Assembly (NCBI RefSeq): GCF_900142955.1
Contig: NZ_FRCP01000019.1
Coordinates: forward strand, 117,516 to 149,515
From: Anaerosporobacter mobilis DSM 15930
Lineage (GTDB): Bacteria; Bacillota; Clostridia; Lachnospirales; Lachnospiraceae
Direction: 5' to 3'
DNA: 32,000 nt
The notes below the pieces were generated by a model. It saw only the letters and a program-made list of their open reading frames with translations. It was not told the origin of the DNA and made no database searches. Shown here piece after piece: positions 1 through 8,601 of the stretch (position 1 is its first letter; each line of letters begins with the position of its first letter). Both the position numbers and the translations under genes were made by a program.

Positions 1-177
1 CTTAGAAAACGGAGCATTCAAAGCATACAATACTGCAGCTACTATGGCGGCTGCTATTGCTTTTTTTTGATAATTATTGCTTATCTTATTACTCCTGGTT
101 TTAATCTTTTTCTTAGTATTCATCTGATAAGAATCTTTCTTCTTAATACCTTTCTTCTTACTTCTTTGCTTATTCAT
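1..177 (-). CDS. 5' end of a membrane-protein gene running off the left edge (Lys-rich N-terminus then a hydrophobic helix; possibly DMT/EamA-type, unverified)
   Basis: Manual minus-strand translation from ATG (complement of 175-177) gives MNKQRSKKKGIKKKDSYQMNTKKKIKTRSNKISNNYQKKAIAAAIVAAVLYALNAPFSK..., open to position 1. It is absent from the ORF track because it is truncated. RBS is weak; an alternative in-frame ATG lies at 121-123. Confidence 0.35.
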   Translation of the reverse strand, partial: MNKQRSKKKGIKKKDSYQMNTKKKIKTRSNKISNNYQKKAIAAAIVAAVLYALNAPFSK

Positions 178-256
178 ATTACATCTGTCTTCTTTCTTAT
201 CAATTTCATATCCCCCATAGGGGGTTATTTGTTATAAGTAGTATATCGAATTCTAT

Positions 257-296
257 AAAAAAAAGCAATGAGATTAGTAAATCCCATCGCTTTTTC
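257..296 (-). terminator. Rho-independent terminator ending the polyamine cluster
   Basis: Minus-strand RNA forms AGCGAUGGGAU-UUACUA-AUCUCAUUGCU, an 11-bp stem with two G-U pairs, followed by a U8 run. It lies about 20 nt after the stop of the 313-1683 gene. Confidence 0.65.
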
Positions 297-312
297 TTAC
301 TTACTATGCAAA

Positions 313-1683
313 CTACTTCATAATTTTCTTTAACCATTTTAAATGATTTTGATAAGGAGGATAACGTAGCGGTATATCAATTAAATTACTCTTCCTTAAA
401 ACACTCTTTCTATGCGAGAAAGCTTCAATACTGGCGGCACCATGATACTCTCCCATACCACTTTCGCCAACACCACCAAATCCCATATAGGAAGTGGCAA
501 GATGAATAATGGTATCGTTAATACAACCTCCTCCATAGGATATTTCCTTTATAATTCTTTGCTCCATCTTCTTAGATTTTGTAAACAAATAAAGTGCTAA
601 TGGTTTTGGTCTATTATTTATTAACGATATGAATTCTTCTGGATTTTCATATTCAATAATCGGTAAAATTGGGCCAAAGATTTCTTCCTTCATAACCTCA
701 TCTTCCCAAGTTACATGATCCATTATGGTAAGAGAAATCTGGTTCGTCTGTTCATTAAAGTCACCACCATAGATAATCTCTCCTGTCTGTATAAGGTTTT
801 TAAGACGCACAAAATGTTTACGCGTTATAATTTTAGGAAAATCATGATTTTCTTCTTGCTTATTACTGTAAAACTTCTCAGTGTTCTTGATAATTTCCTT
901 AATTAATTTTTCTTTAACGCTTTTATGCACCACTAGGTAATCAGGGGCCACACAAGTTTGACCTGCATTTAAACATTTACCCCAAGCTATTCGCATACCT
1001 GCAAGCTTTATATCTGCAGTTTCATCAACGATACAAGGGCTCTTACCTCCAAGCTCTAAAATTACCGGAGTCAAATGCTTTGCTGCTTTTTCCATAACAA
1101 TTTTCCCTACACCTACGCTTCCTGTAAAGAAAATCAAATCAAATTTTTGATCAAGTAGTGATTGATTTACTTCCCTACCACCTTCTACTACTGCTACGAA
1201 AGCTTTACTGAACGTCTTACTTATAAGCTTTTTGATCACTGCTGACGTTGCTGGTGAATAATTAGAGGGCTTAATAATTGAACAATTTCCACATGCGATT
1301 GCACCAATCAAAGGGGCAATCGCTAATTGGAATGGATAATTCCATGGAGCTATAATTAATACAAGGCCATAAGGCTCCTTATATATCTTGCTAACCGAAG
1401 GGAATTGCGTTATTGGTGTTCTCACCGTTTTCACTTTTAATAGGCGTTCCATGTGTTTCATCATAAAATTGATTTCTTCTAGCACAATTCCAATTTCTGT
1501 AGCATACGCCTCAAACGAAGATTTATTCAAATCCTTTTTCAAAGCTTCTAAAATTTCCCCTTCTATTTCCTTAATTGCCATTTTCAGCTCACCTAGACGT
1601 GCTTTTCTAAAGGCAAGGCTTTTTGTAGCCCCAGTTTTAAAGTACTTCCTCTGTTTTTCTAGCAACGTCACCGCATCCATCAT
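313..1683 (-). CDS. NAD(P)+-dependent aldehyde dehydrogenase (class-3-like ALDH)
   Basis: 456-aa ORF with ALDH hallmarks: ELGGKSP (general-base Glu), GQTCVAPDY (nucleophile Cys) and FTGS. GGAGGAAG RBS sits 6 nt upstream of the ATG. Confidence 0.9.
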   Translation of the reverse strand: MMDAVTLLEKQRKYFKTGATKSLAFRKARLGELKMAIKEIEGEILEALKKDLNKSSFEAYATEIGIVLEEINFMMKHMERLLKVKTVRTPITQFPSVSKIYKEPYGLVLIIAPWNYPFQLAIAPLIGAIACGNCSIIKPSNYSPATSAVIKKLISKTFSKAFVAVVEGGREVNQSLLDQKFDLIFFTGSVGVGKIVMEKAAKHLTPVILELGGKSPCIVDETADIKLAGMRIAWGKCLNAGQTCVAPDYLVVHKSVKEKLIKEIIKNTEKFYSNKQEENHDFPKIITRKHFVRLKNLIQTGEIIYGGDFNEQTNQISLTIMDHVTWEDEVMKEEIFGPILPIIEYENPEEFISLINNRPKPLALYLFTKSKKMEQRIIKEISYGGGCINDTIIHLATSYMGFGGVGESGMGEYHGAASIEAFSHRKSVLRKSNLIDIPLRYPPYQNHLKWLKKIMK

Positions 1684-1935
1684 ACTTATCTTCCTCCATA
1701 TTCATATAATATAAATATAAATCTATTTAGCCATTTTTTTAATCTATGTCACTATTCATTCTCTTATTATGTTGAATAAAATATTCAGATCTATTTCCTA
1801 TTATACAACATTTCGTATAAAAAATGGTAGTGCATAAAAAAACAAGCCTTTGCTCTATATAAAGTGATAACTCCCTTCTAGGTAGACAAGTGAAATAATA
1901 AAAACACTTGCTACTTAGAAAGGAGTAATTAAATC

Positions 1936-3291
1936 TTATAGTTCAAACTCTTTTTGTGTTTCGCTTAAAGCCTCATCCATTCTACTAATTACCTGATCCA
2001 TATCTTCATACGAGATTACTGCTGCTGGTTCAAAACGAACACATTTTGCATTAACAAGTGTACCAGCCGTCATTACGCCTCTTGCAAACATACCTTTCGC
2101 AACACTATATCCAACTTCACAAGCAACAAACTCTACTGCTAACATTAAGCCAATGCCTCTGACATCTTCAATAACAGTTGGGTATTTTTCATGTAATTTA
2201 ACCAAACCAGCTTTTAAGTACTCTCCTTTTTCCTTACATTGACCTGGAACATCATTCTCAAGCATGTATTTGATCGTTGCTAATGCTGCAGAACAAGCGA
2301 GAGGATTACCTCCGAAGGTAGGTGACCCTAATAACCATGGATTCTCGATAAGTTCTTTCGTCCACATATTTGGTCTACAGATGATACCTGTAATCGGCAT
2401 AATACCACCACCAAATGCTTTGCCAAATGTCAGAATATCTGGAACAACACCTTCAGTTTCACATCTAAACATCGCTCCTGTTCTTCCCATACCTGTTTGG
2501 ATTTCATCGAAGATTAATGCTACACCGTATTCATTACATATTGCTCTTACTTCCTTAAGATACCCTTCTGGTGGAATGATGATGCCACCTTCCCCTTGGA
2601 TCGGCTCTAAGATTACACCTGCAACTTCTTCTCCAACCGCTTTTAAGTTCTTAATAGCTTTGCGCATATCTTCACTATTTCCATATTCAACATGTTGTAC
2701 TTGTTGTACCATTGGTAGATATGGTGTACGATATGTACTCTTTCCACCCATTGAGATAGCACCCATTGATTTACCATGGAAGGCACCAACTGTCGAGATG
2801 AACCAACTACCACCTGTGGCAATTCTTGCTAATTTAAGTGCCATCTCGACTGCCTCTGCACCACCATTGGTAAAGAAACATTTCTCTAAATCACCTGGTG
2901 TAATTCCTGCAACAGCCTTTGCAAGGTAGCCACGGAGTGGATCTAATAATTCCTGAGAATGCAATGCTTGGTGGTCTAGTTGTGCTTTTATTGTATCTAT
3001 AATTTCTTCATTTCTGTGTCCACAAGTATAGATACCAAATCCTCCTAAGCAATCAATAAATTCTTCTCCATAGATACCACTACAATAAGCACCATAATCT
3101 TTCCATTCAATTACCGCTGCATTCGTCGAAACGGATTTACGGTATTTTAGCCAACCTGGACTGACATATTTGTCAAAGTAAGCTACCGTATTCTTTGTCA
3201 CTTTCTCTTTTTGCACATCCGTTAAATCATCACTATGAATAAACTCAAGTACCTCTTTCAATTCTTCCAATACTACATCTTTATTAATCAT
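1936..3291 (-). CDS. patA: Class-III PLP aminotransferase, putrescine aminotransferase (PatA/YgjG-like)
   Basis: 451-aa ORF. Long blocks match E. coli PatA/YgjG as I remember it: SPGWLKYRKSV, FIDCLGGFGI, LHSQELLDPLR. PLP-Lys context is TFGKAFGGG. GGAGGA RBS. Confidence 0.88.
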   Translation of the reverse strand: MINKDVVLEELKEVLEFIHSDDLTDVQKEKVTKNTVAYFDKYVSPGWLKYRKSVSTNAAVIEWKDYGAYCSGIYGEEFIDCLGGFGIYTCGHRNEEIIDTIKAQLDHQALHSQELLDPLRGYLAKAVAGITPGDLEKCFFTNGGAEAVEMALKLARIATGGSWFISTVGAFHGKSMGAISMGGKSTYRTPYLPMVQQVQHVEYGNSEDMRKAIKNLKAVGEEVAGVILEPIQGEGGIIIPPEGYLKEVRAICNEYGVALIFDEIQTGMGRTGAMFRCETEGVVPDILTFGKAFGGGIMPITGIICRPNMWTKELIENPWLLGSPTFGGNPLACSAALATIKYMLENDVPGQCKEKGEYLKAGLVKLHEKYPTVIEDVRGIGLMLAVEFVACEVGYSVAKGMFARGVMTAGTLVNAKCVRFEPAAVISYEDMDQVISRMDEALSETQKEFEL

Positions 3292-3385
3292 ATTAAATCC
3301 TCCAATCTTTTGGTCCTAAAGTTACTAGTTAATTATTCTAACCTGTTGTAAGTTAACATTCCATTCACTTGAATAACCATTTCAC

Positions 3386-3420
3386 TACTTCTTTTTAAGT
3401 ACTATACTTCTTTTTAAGTA
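3386..3420. promoter_or_regulatory. Two copies of the 16-bp palindrome TACTTCTTTTTAAGTA at 19-bp spacing, between the LuxR gene and patA
   Basis: Exact copies at 3386-3401 and 3405-3420. Each has TACTT/AAGTA inverted arms. They lie about 95-130 nt upstream of the patA ATG. Confidence 0.5.
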
Positions 3421-3465
3421 GTTTATGAATTATTTCTCCCTAGGATTTTATTACATACCATGCTC

Positions 3466-4218
3466 TTAGCGTTCCTCTTTCACTTTCTTAAACAACTGCA
3501 TTCTACTACTAACCTCCATCTTCTGATATAGATTTAGGATATGTTTCTTAAGCGTATTATTGGTAATAAATAATTGTTTGCAGATTACATCATTATCTTC
3601 ACTTTGTAATAGATGCTCTAATATTGTTTCTTCTCTACGTGTCAAACCATATCGTCTTGTACATTCTGCAACTCCAATCTTCTCTTCCCCATGAGATTCC
3701 TCAATCCAATTCTTATGTAGTCGATACTCTAAATGATCTTTCAACATCTCTAAGATAAAAGTATCTTCATATTGAAAATTAGGTTTTCCCTTGTCACGGT
3801 AGAAGGCTAATACTCCAAGAAACTTCTGACGATATCCTAGTATAAGGTTTAATCCGTGATGCCACCCAGCAGGCTCAAAATACTTCTTATAAAATTCCGT
3901 ATTAACACGTTGATCATCAGGAATCATATCCGATTCACGATAAATCATATTCTTTCCACTTAAAAGTAATCCTTTTGCATAGTCGAGCGCATATAAATTG
4001 TCCATATAGATATCTTCTATATTCGGACTTTCATTGTGAAACACTGGCTCCACAAGTTTATTCAAGCCATCTGGGCTTGATAACCAAAAGTCGGCACTAT
4101 CATAATCCATTAGAATGTGTAATTGCTCCATGAGTAACTCACGCATTCTCGTTAAATCCTCCAAACTATGTATCTGATATATTATATGATTTAATACAAT
4201 CCAATCATTATTGCCCAT
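3466..4218 (-). CDS. LuxR/GerE-family transcriptional regulator with an N-terminal (GAF-like?) sensor domain
   Basis: 250 aa. The C-terminus LTRREETILEHLLQSEDNDVICKQLFITNNTLKKHILNLYQKMEVSSRMQL fits the LuxR-type HTH pattern. I do not recognise the roughly 170-aa N-terminal domain as a named family. Confidence 0.85.
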   Translation of the reverse strand: MGNNDWIVLNHIIYQIHSLEDLTRMRELLMEQLHILMDYDSADFWLSSPDGLNKLVEPVFHNESPNIEDIYMDNLYALDYAKGLLLSGKNMIYRESDMIPDDQRVNTEFYKKYFEPAGWHHGLNLILGYRQKFLGVLAFYRDKGKPNFQYEDTFILEMLKDHLEYRLHKNWIEESHGEEKIGVAECTRRYGLTRREETILEHLLQSEDNDVICKQLFITNNTLKKHILNLYQKMEVSSRMQLFKKVKEER

Positions 4219-4278
4219 GATCTAGTCACATCCCTTATTTAATCTTATGGAGTAGCATGTCTTTGCTCATCTTTATGA

Positions 4279-4632
4279 CTAAAGTGCTTTATTTCCTCTT
4301 TCACCAGTACGTATACGTACAACATCTTCAATATTACGGACAAAGATTTTACCATCACCGACATGATCCGTACCCACTTTCTCTCTTATATCAATGATAA
4401 TATCTTCTACTTTTTCATCTTGTACAACCACTTCTACTCGAATCTTAGGTAACAGATTTATGTTTGTTTTGAATCCTTTTATTTGGTTTACTGCATCTTC
4501 TGAAATTATACCTTTTTGTGTACCACAACCCATAACACTTGAGATTGTCATACCACCGCAACCTTTGGATTCCATAATCGATTTTACCATTTCTAATTTT
4601 TCTGGTTTAATAATGATTGCTAATTCTTTCAT
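4279..4632 (-). CDS. P-II (GlnB/GlnK-like) signal-transduction protein with an atypical T-loop
   Basis: MKELAIIIKPEKL...GMTISSVMGCGTQKG...LPKIRVEVVV...GDGKIFV...RIRTGE aligns along the whole length with GlnB. I place the start at ATG 4632 (AAGGAGGAG RBS 6 nt upstream) rather than the track start at 4677. Confidence 0.85.
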   Translation of the reverse strand: MKELAIIIKPEKLEMVKSIMESKGCGGMTISSVMGCGTQKGIISEDAVNQIKGFKTNINLLPKIRVEVVVQDEKVEDIIIDIREKVGTDHVGDGKIFVRNIEDVVRIRTGERGNKAL

Positions 4633-4714
4633 TCCTTTCTCCTCCTTGATTCCTGTGAATTTATCCTTAAAACTCATTTATAAGATTCACACATTAATTC
4701 TTTATTAGTTGTTG

Positions 4715-5770
4715 TTACTTCTTAAGTTCCGTCCAGATTTGATCATAAATTGCTAAGGAATCTGTATCAATATTATCAACGAACTCACCCTTAGCGATGG
4801 CATCACTTGGTGGATTCTTAGCAGGATTATTAATAAAGTCATCACCAAGTAAAGCAACACCCGCTTTATTAGGATTTAAGTACGGGAATTCTTCACCTAC
4901 CATCTTTGCAGATTCTGCATCCATCATAAAATTAATAAATTCCATTGCTGCATCGTAATTCTTACAACCTTTTGGTATTACCCAGTTATCTAGGAATAGA
5001 TAAGGTCCCTCTTTTGGATAGACTACTTGAATTGCCTCATTCTCTTCCATGGCAAGTGCTACTTCCGCACTCCAACAATACGCCAAGGTACAATCTCCAG
5101 CAATTAACGCACTCTTTGGTGAATCACTATCGTATAACTTAATGTTATTCTTAAGAGATAAGGTCTTCTCTTTGACTTTTTCAAGAATTGCAGGATCGGT
5201 TTCGTTCATTCCATACCCAATACTCTTTGCTGCCATACCAATAACTGCACGAAAATCATCTAATACAACTAATTGATTCGCATATTCTGGTTTGAATAAG
5301 TCTGCATACGAAGTAATCGTATCTTTGATTATATCTGTATTAACTGCAATAGCACCTGCACCACCAAGATACGGTATGGAATATTCATTACCTGGATCAT
5401 ATGATGGATTCATGTACGCGTCGTCCATATTCCCTATATTCGTTAGCTTATCTTTATCAAGTTTTTCACACATATCTTGTGCTATCATTAGTGCAACCAT
5501 ATAATCACTTGGTTGAACGATATCATATGCACCTTCAGATTCCGATTTTACCTTCGCTAACATATCTTCATTCGATGAATAGGTTGATAGATTAACCTTA
5601 ATTCCCGTTTTCTTCTCGAAGTCCTCAACTACGCTCTCTGGAACATATTCTGTCCATACATACACATTTAAAGTAGTGCCGCTTTCAGTTTTTGAACTAC
5701 CTCCACATCCTGCTAATATCGTACTAAGTGCTAATACAAGAATGAATAAACAACTCGTTATTTTTTTCAT
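4715..5770 (-). CDS. potD: Spermidine/putrescine ABC transporter substrate-binding lipoprotein
   Basis: PotD-family sequence with lipoprotein signal MKKITSCLFILVLALSTILAGC. I move the start to ATG 5770, which removes the 38-nt overlap with potC that the track start (5812) creates. Confidence 0.88.
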   Translation of the reverse strand: MKKITSCLFILVLALSTILAGCGGSSKTESGTTLNVYVWTEYVPESVVEDFEKKTGIKVNLSTYSSNEDMLAKVKSESEGAYDIVQPSDYMVALMIAQDMCEKLDKDKLTNIGNMDDAYMNPSYDPGNEYSIPYLGGAGAIAVNTDIIKDTITSYADLFKPEYANQLVVLDDFRAVIGMAAKSIGYGMNETDPAILEKVKEKTLSLKNNIKLYDSDSPKSALIAGDCTLAYCWSAEVALAMEENEAIQVVYPKEGPYLFLDNWVIPKGCKNYDAAMEFINFMMDAESAKMVGEEFPYLNPNKAGVALLGDDFINNPAKNPPSDAIAKGEFVDNIDTDSLAIYDQIWTELKK

Positions 5771-5774
5771 AAAA

Positions 5775-6578
5775 CTACCCTCTTTCCTTATTATTCTTTC
5801 TAAAGATTCCACTCTGTGTTAAAACAACTAAAAGTGTTGTGCCTATTAAAATCAAGGTTGAGAATGCATTCACATCAGGAGCAACACCGCTCTTAATACT
5901 ATCCATTACTTTCAATGGAAAAGTCTTTACCTGACCATTGGTAAAGTAACTTATAATTACATCATCTATAGATAGTGTGAAGGCCATCAGAGCTCCTCCT
6001 CCGATTCCGGGCGCAAGTACAGGTAACGTAATATGCAAAAATGTATGGATTCGATTGGCACCTAGATCCATAGAAGCTTCTTCAATGGAATTATCATAAC
6101 CTGACAACCTTGCTCGAACATTGAATACAACAAACGGAATACTAAATGTTGCATGCGCTAAAACCAATGTTAATAAACCTCTTGGTATTCCTGCTTTAGA
6201 AAAGATTGTTAGCAAACTAATACCTAGAACAATTTCCGGTATTACCACTGGAATGTATAGTAAACCATCAATGAGTGCTTTCCCTTTGAATTTGTATTTG
6301 TACATACCAACTGCTGCGATAGAGCCAATAATAACTGCTAGAATTGTACTTAGAACAGCAATTGATAAGGTCATTCCAAAAGACGATAACAATTCTTCAT
6401 TCTGAAATAGTTTCATATACCATGATAAGGTAAATCCCTTCCAACTTAGGTATGGCTTCTTCGTTGTTGCATTAAATGAATTCACTACGATTACAATAAT
6501 CGGTAGGAATAAGAACAAGTAGATGCAACAACAGAATACCATCTTGAGTATTCTTTGTACTTTGTGTTTTCTTCTCAT
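5775..6578 (-). CDS. potC: Spermidine/putrescine ABC transporter permease
   Basis: 267-aa multi-TM protein of the binding-protein-dependent permease family (EAA-loop region EEASMDLGANRIHTF). It sits 3 nt downstream of potB. Confidence 0.88.
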   Translation of the reverse strand: MRRKHKVQRILKMVFCCCIYLFLFLPIIVIVVNSFNATTKKPYLSWKGFTLSWYMKLFQNEELLSSFGMTLSIAVLSTILAVIIGSIAAVGMYKYKFKGKALIDGLLYIPVVIPEIVLGISLLTIFSKAGIPRGLLTLVLAHATFSIPFVVFNVRARLSGYDNSIEEASMDLGANRIHTFLHITLPVLAPGIGGGALMAFTLSIDDVIISYFTNGQVKTFPLKVMDSIKSGVAPDVNAFSTLILIGTTLLVVLTQSGIFRKNNKERG

Positions 6579-6581
6579 CTC

Positions 6582-7460
6582 TTACACCCCCAGACTTTCC
6601 ATATCGCCACCTAGTTTTTGATAGATTCGAACAAGGAGTAAGGTCATGAGAATTAAAATAATTGATAGCGCTGCACCAAGTGGCCAGTTGTTTCCACTTT
6701 GGAATTGACGTTCAATTAGATTGCCAATCACGTCACTGTTTCCACCACCTAATATATCAGAAACGAAGAAGAATCCTAAACAAGGTATGAACACCATGAT
6801 GGATCCAGCAAAAACACCTGAGATAGTAAGTGGCAAGATAACATGAGAGAACGTATAGATTCCTCTTGCACCTAAATCATTAGACGCTTCTATTAGATTC
6901 TGGTCTAACTTCTCGATAGCGGTATAAAGCGGTATTACCATGAATGGGAATAAGCAATAAACCATACCCAGTAAAATCGTTCCTCTATTGTACAGAAACT
7001 CAACCGGAGTATTAATCAGATTCAACTTCATCAGTATCGTATTCAGCCAGCCATTCGTTCCAAGGAATGATCTCCAACCATAGATACGAATTAATGAATT
7101 CGTCCAAAATGGTACGATCACCAACATATAAAGAATTGCTTTTCGTTTACTTACGGCTCTAGCAATAAAGTAAGCAAATGGATAACCCAGTAGGATACAG
7201 ATTACTGTTGTAAAGAATGCTATAAATAAGGATTGTGCATAAATCTGAAGATAATTCGTATCGAATAACCTTTTATAATTATCAAGAGTAAAATGGTACG
7301 ATACATTATAGAATTCATCGATAGAGCAAAAACTCATTACTAGTACATATACTAATGGAATTGCTACTAGGAAGAGTAACCATAATGTAATTGGTCCTAC
7401 CGTAGTTATGGCTGGGATTGTATTCGCCCGAAGCGAATGTTTACTTTTTGTCATGGTCAT
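6582..7460 (-). CDS. potB: Spermidine/putrescine ABC transporter permease
   Basis: 292-aa multi-TM permease with EAA-loop EASNDLGARGIYTF. The AGGAGGAG RBS overlaps the potA stop; the second ATG at 7454 has better spacing and may be the true start. Confidence 0.88.
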   Translation of the reverse strand: MTMTKSKHSLRANTIPAITTVGPITLWLLFLVAIPLVYVLVMSFCSIDEFYNVSYHFTLDNYKRLFDTNYLQIYAQSLFIAFFTTVICILLGYPFAYFIARAVSKRKAILYMLVIVPFWTNSLIRIYGWRSFLGTNGWLNTILMKLNLINTPVEFLYNRGTILLGMVYCLFPFMVIPLYTAIEKLDQNLIEASNDLGARGIYTFSHVILPLTISGVFAGSIMVFIPCLGFFFVSDILGGGNSDVIGNLIERQFQSGNNWPLGAALSIILILMTLLLVRIYQKLGGDMESLGV

Positions 7461-7466
7461 CTCCTC

Positions 7467-8579
7467 CTATCCATATTGTATGTCTTCAACAGCTCTATAA
7501 AATGTTTGATCAAAGCTATGAATCAATACAGAATCTGCTACTTCCCAATATGGGAACACCCTGCTTCCTATCTCTGGCAACAGTTCACTTGCTAGTCGTT
7601 CCAGCTTAATCTCATATCCATTCGGAAGTACAATGATTGCTTTTATTACAGATCCAACATAGATATAACTCTTTACATAACCATTTAATTCAAATCCTTC
7701 AACTGGTTCCATAGAGTACTTTAATTTCTCTGGTCGTATCGATACGCTAATCAGTTCATCCTTAACAAAACCTTCGCCTTTACCAATTACAGAACCATTC
7801 TCTAAAAGAACTTTAGCAAAATCACCTTCCACCGTTTCAATCCTCCCGTCAAATATATTGGTTTCTCCAATGAAGGTTGCTATAAATCTAGTAGCGGGTT
7901 TTTCATAAATTTCTCTTGGTGTCGCTAATTGTTCTAAAATCCCATCATGCATAATTCCTATACGATCGCTCATGGTTAATGCTTCTTCTTGATCGTGGGT
8001 AACATAGAGGAAAGTGATTCCAAGGCGACTTTGTAATTCTTTCAATTCCAATTGCATCTGTTTACGTAGTTTTAAATCAAGTGCACCTAATGGCTCATCT
8101 AAGAGAAGAACTTTAGGATTATTAATTAACGCTCTTGCTATAGCGACTCTTTGTTTTTGTCCACCAGATAATTGCCTTGGATAACGCTTTTCAAAACCTT
8201 CTAATTGTACTAAACTTAACATCTGTGATACTTTCTCTTTTATCTCACTTTTCTTGAATTTCTTCACCTTCAACCCATAAGCTATATTATCGAAGATTGT
8301 CATATGTGGGAATAATGCATAACTTTGAAAAACTGTGTTAACGTTTCTCTCAAAGGGTTCCTTATTCTCAACAGGTTCTCCTTCTACAAGAATACTTCCG
8401 CTCGTTGCCTCTTCGAAGCCAGCTATCATACGAAGTGTGGTTGTCTTTCCACAACCAGAAGAACCTAGCAATGTAAGAAATTCACCTTGTTTTACTGAAA
8501 GATTCAAGTCTTTCACGACATGATTCATACCATATATCTTATTTACTTGATTCACCTTTACAATAATTTCGTCTTTCAT
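7467..8579 (-). CDS. potA: Spermidine/putrescine ABC transporter ATP-binding protein
   Basis: 370 aa. Walker A GSSGCGKTT, signature LSGGQKQR, Walker B LLLDEPLGALD, and a C-terminal regulatory/TOBE-like extension typical of PotA. Confidence 0.9.
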   Translation of the reverse strand: MKDEIIVKVNQVNKIYGMNHVVKDLNLSVKQGEFLTLLGSSGCGKTTTLRMIAGFEEATSGSILVEGEPVENKEPFERNVNTVFQSYALFPHMTIFDNIAYGLKVKKFKKSEIKEKVSQMLSLVQLEGFEKRYPRQLSGGQKQRVAIARALINNPKVLLLDEPLGALDLKLRKQMQLELKELQSRLGITFLYVTHDQEEALTMSDRIGIMHDGILEQLATPREIYEKPATRFIATFIGETNIFDGRIETVEGDFAKVLLENGSVIGKGEGFVKDELISVSIRPEKLKYSMEPVEGFELNGYVKSYIYVGSVIKAIIVLPNGYEIKLERLASELLPEIGSRVFPYWEVADSVLIHSFDQTFYRAVEDIQYG

Positions 8580-8601
8580 AGTAAAATCTCACTTTCATTA
8601 A

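Noticed and set aside
212-224. GC-rich palindrome CCCCCATAGGGGG in an otherwise AT-rich spacer upstream of the truncated left-edge gene
   Set aside because: It has a 5-bp stem with a 3-nt loop and no U-tract on either strand. It is too short to tell an operator from chance, and the flanking gene is truncated, so there is no context.
2264-2929. 221-aa plus-strand ORF, plus many similar 60-110-aa ORFs in the track (e.g. 412-600, 1388-1714, 4394-4708, 9302-9619, 11860-12129, 16034-16300, 18310-18657, 20690-20965)
   Set aside because: All lie antisense to or out of frame within much longer ORFs that have clear family signatures. They lack RBSs and have low-complexity, Ile/Ser/Leu/Pro-rich compositions typical of shadow ORFs in AT-rich coding DNA.
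5771-5812. N-terminal extensions given by the ORF track (potD to 5812, P-II to 4677, blaI-like from 10431, aldolase-family to 26742)
   Set aside because: In each case an internal ATG has a well-spaced GGAGG-type RBS and gives the family-typical N-terminus (lipoprotein signal, MKxxAIIKP, and so on). The longer forms overlap upstream genes or lack an RBS.
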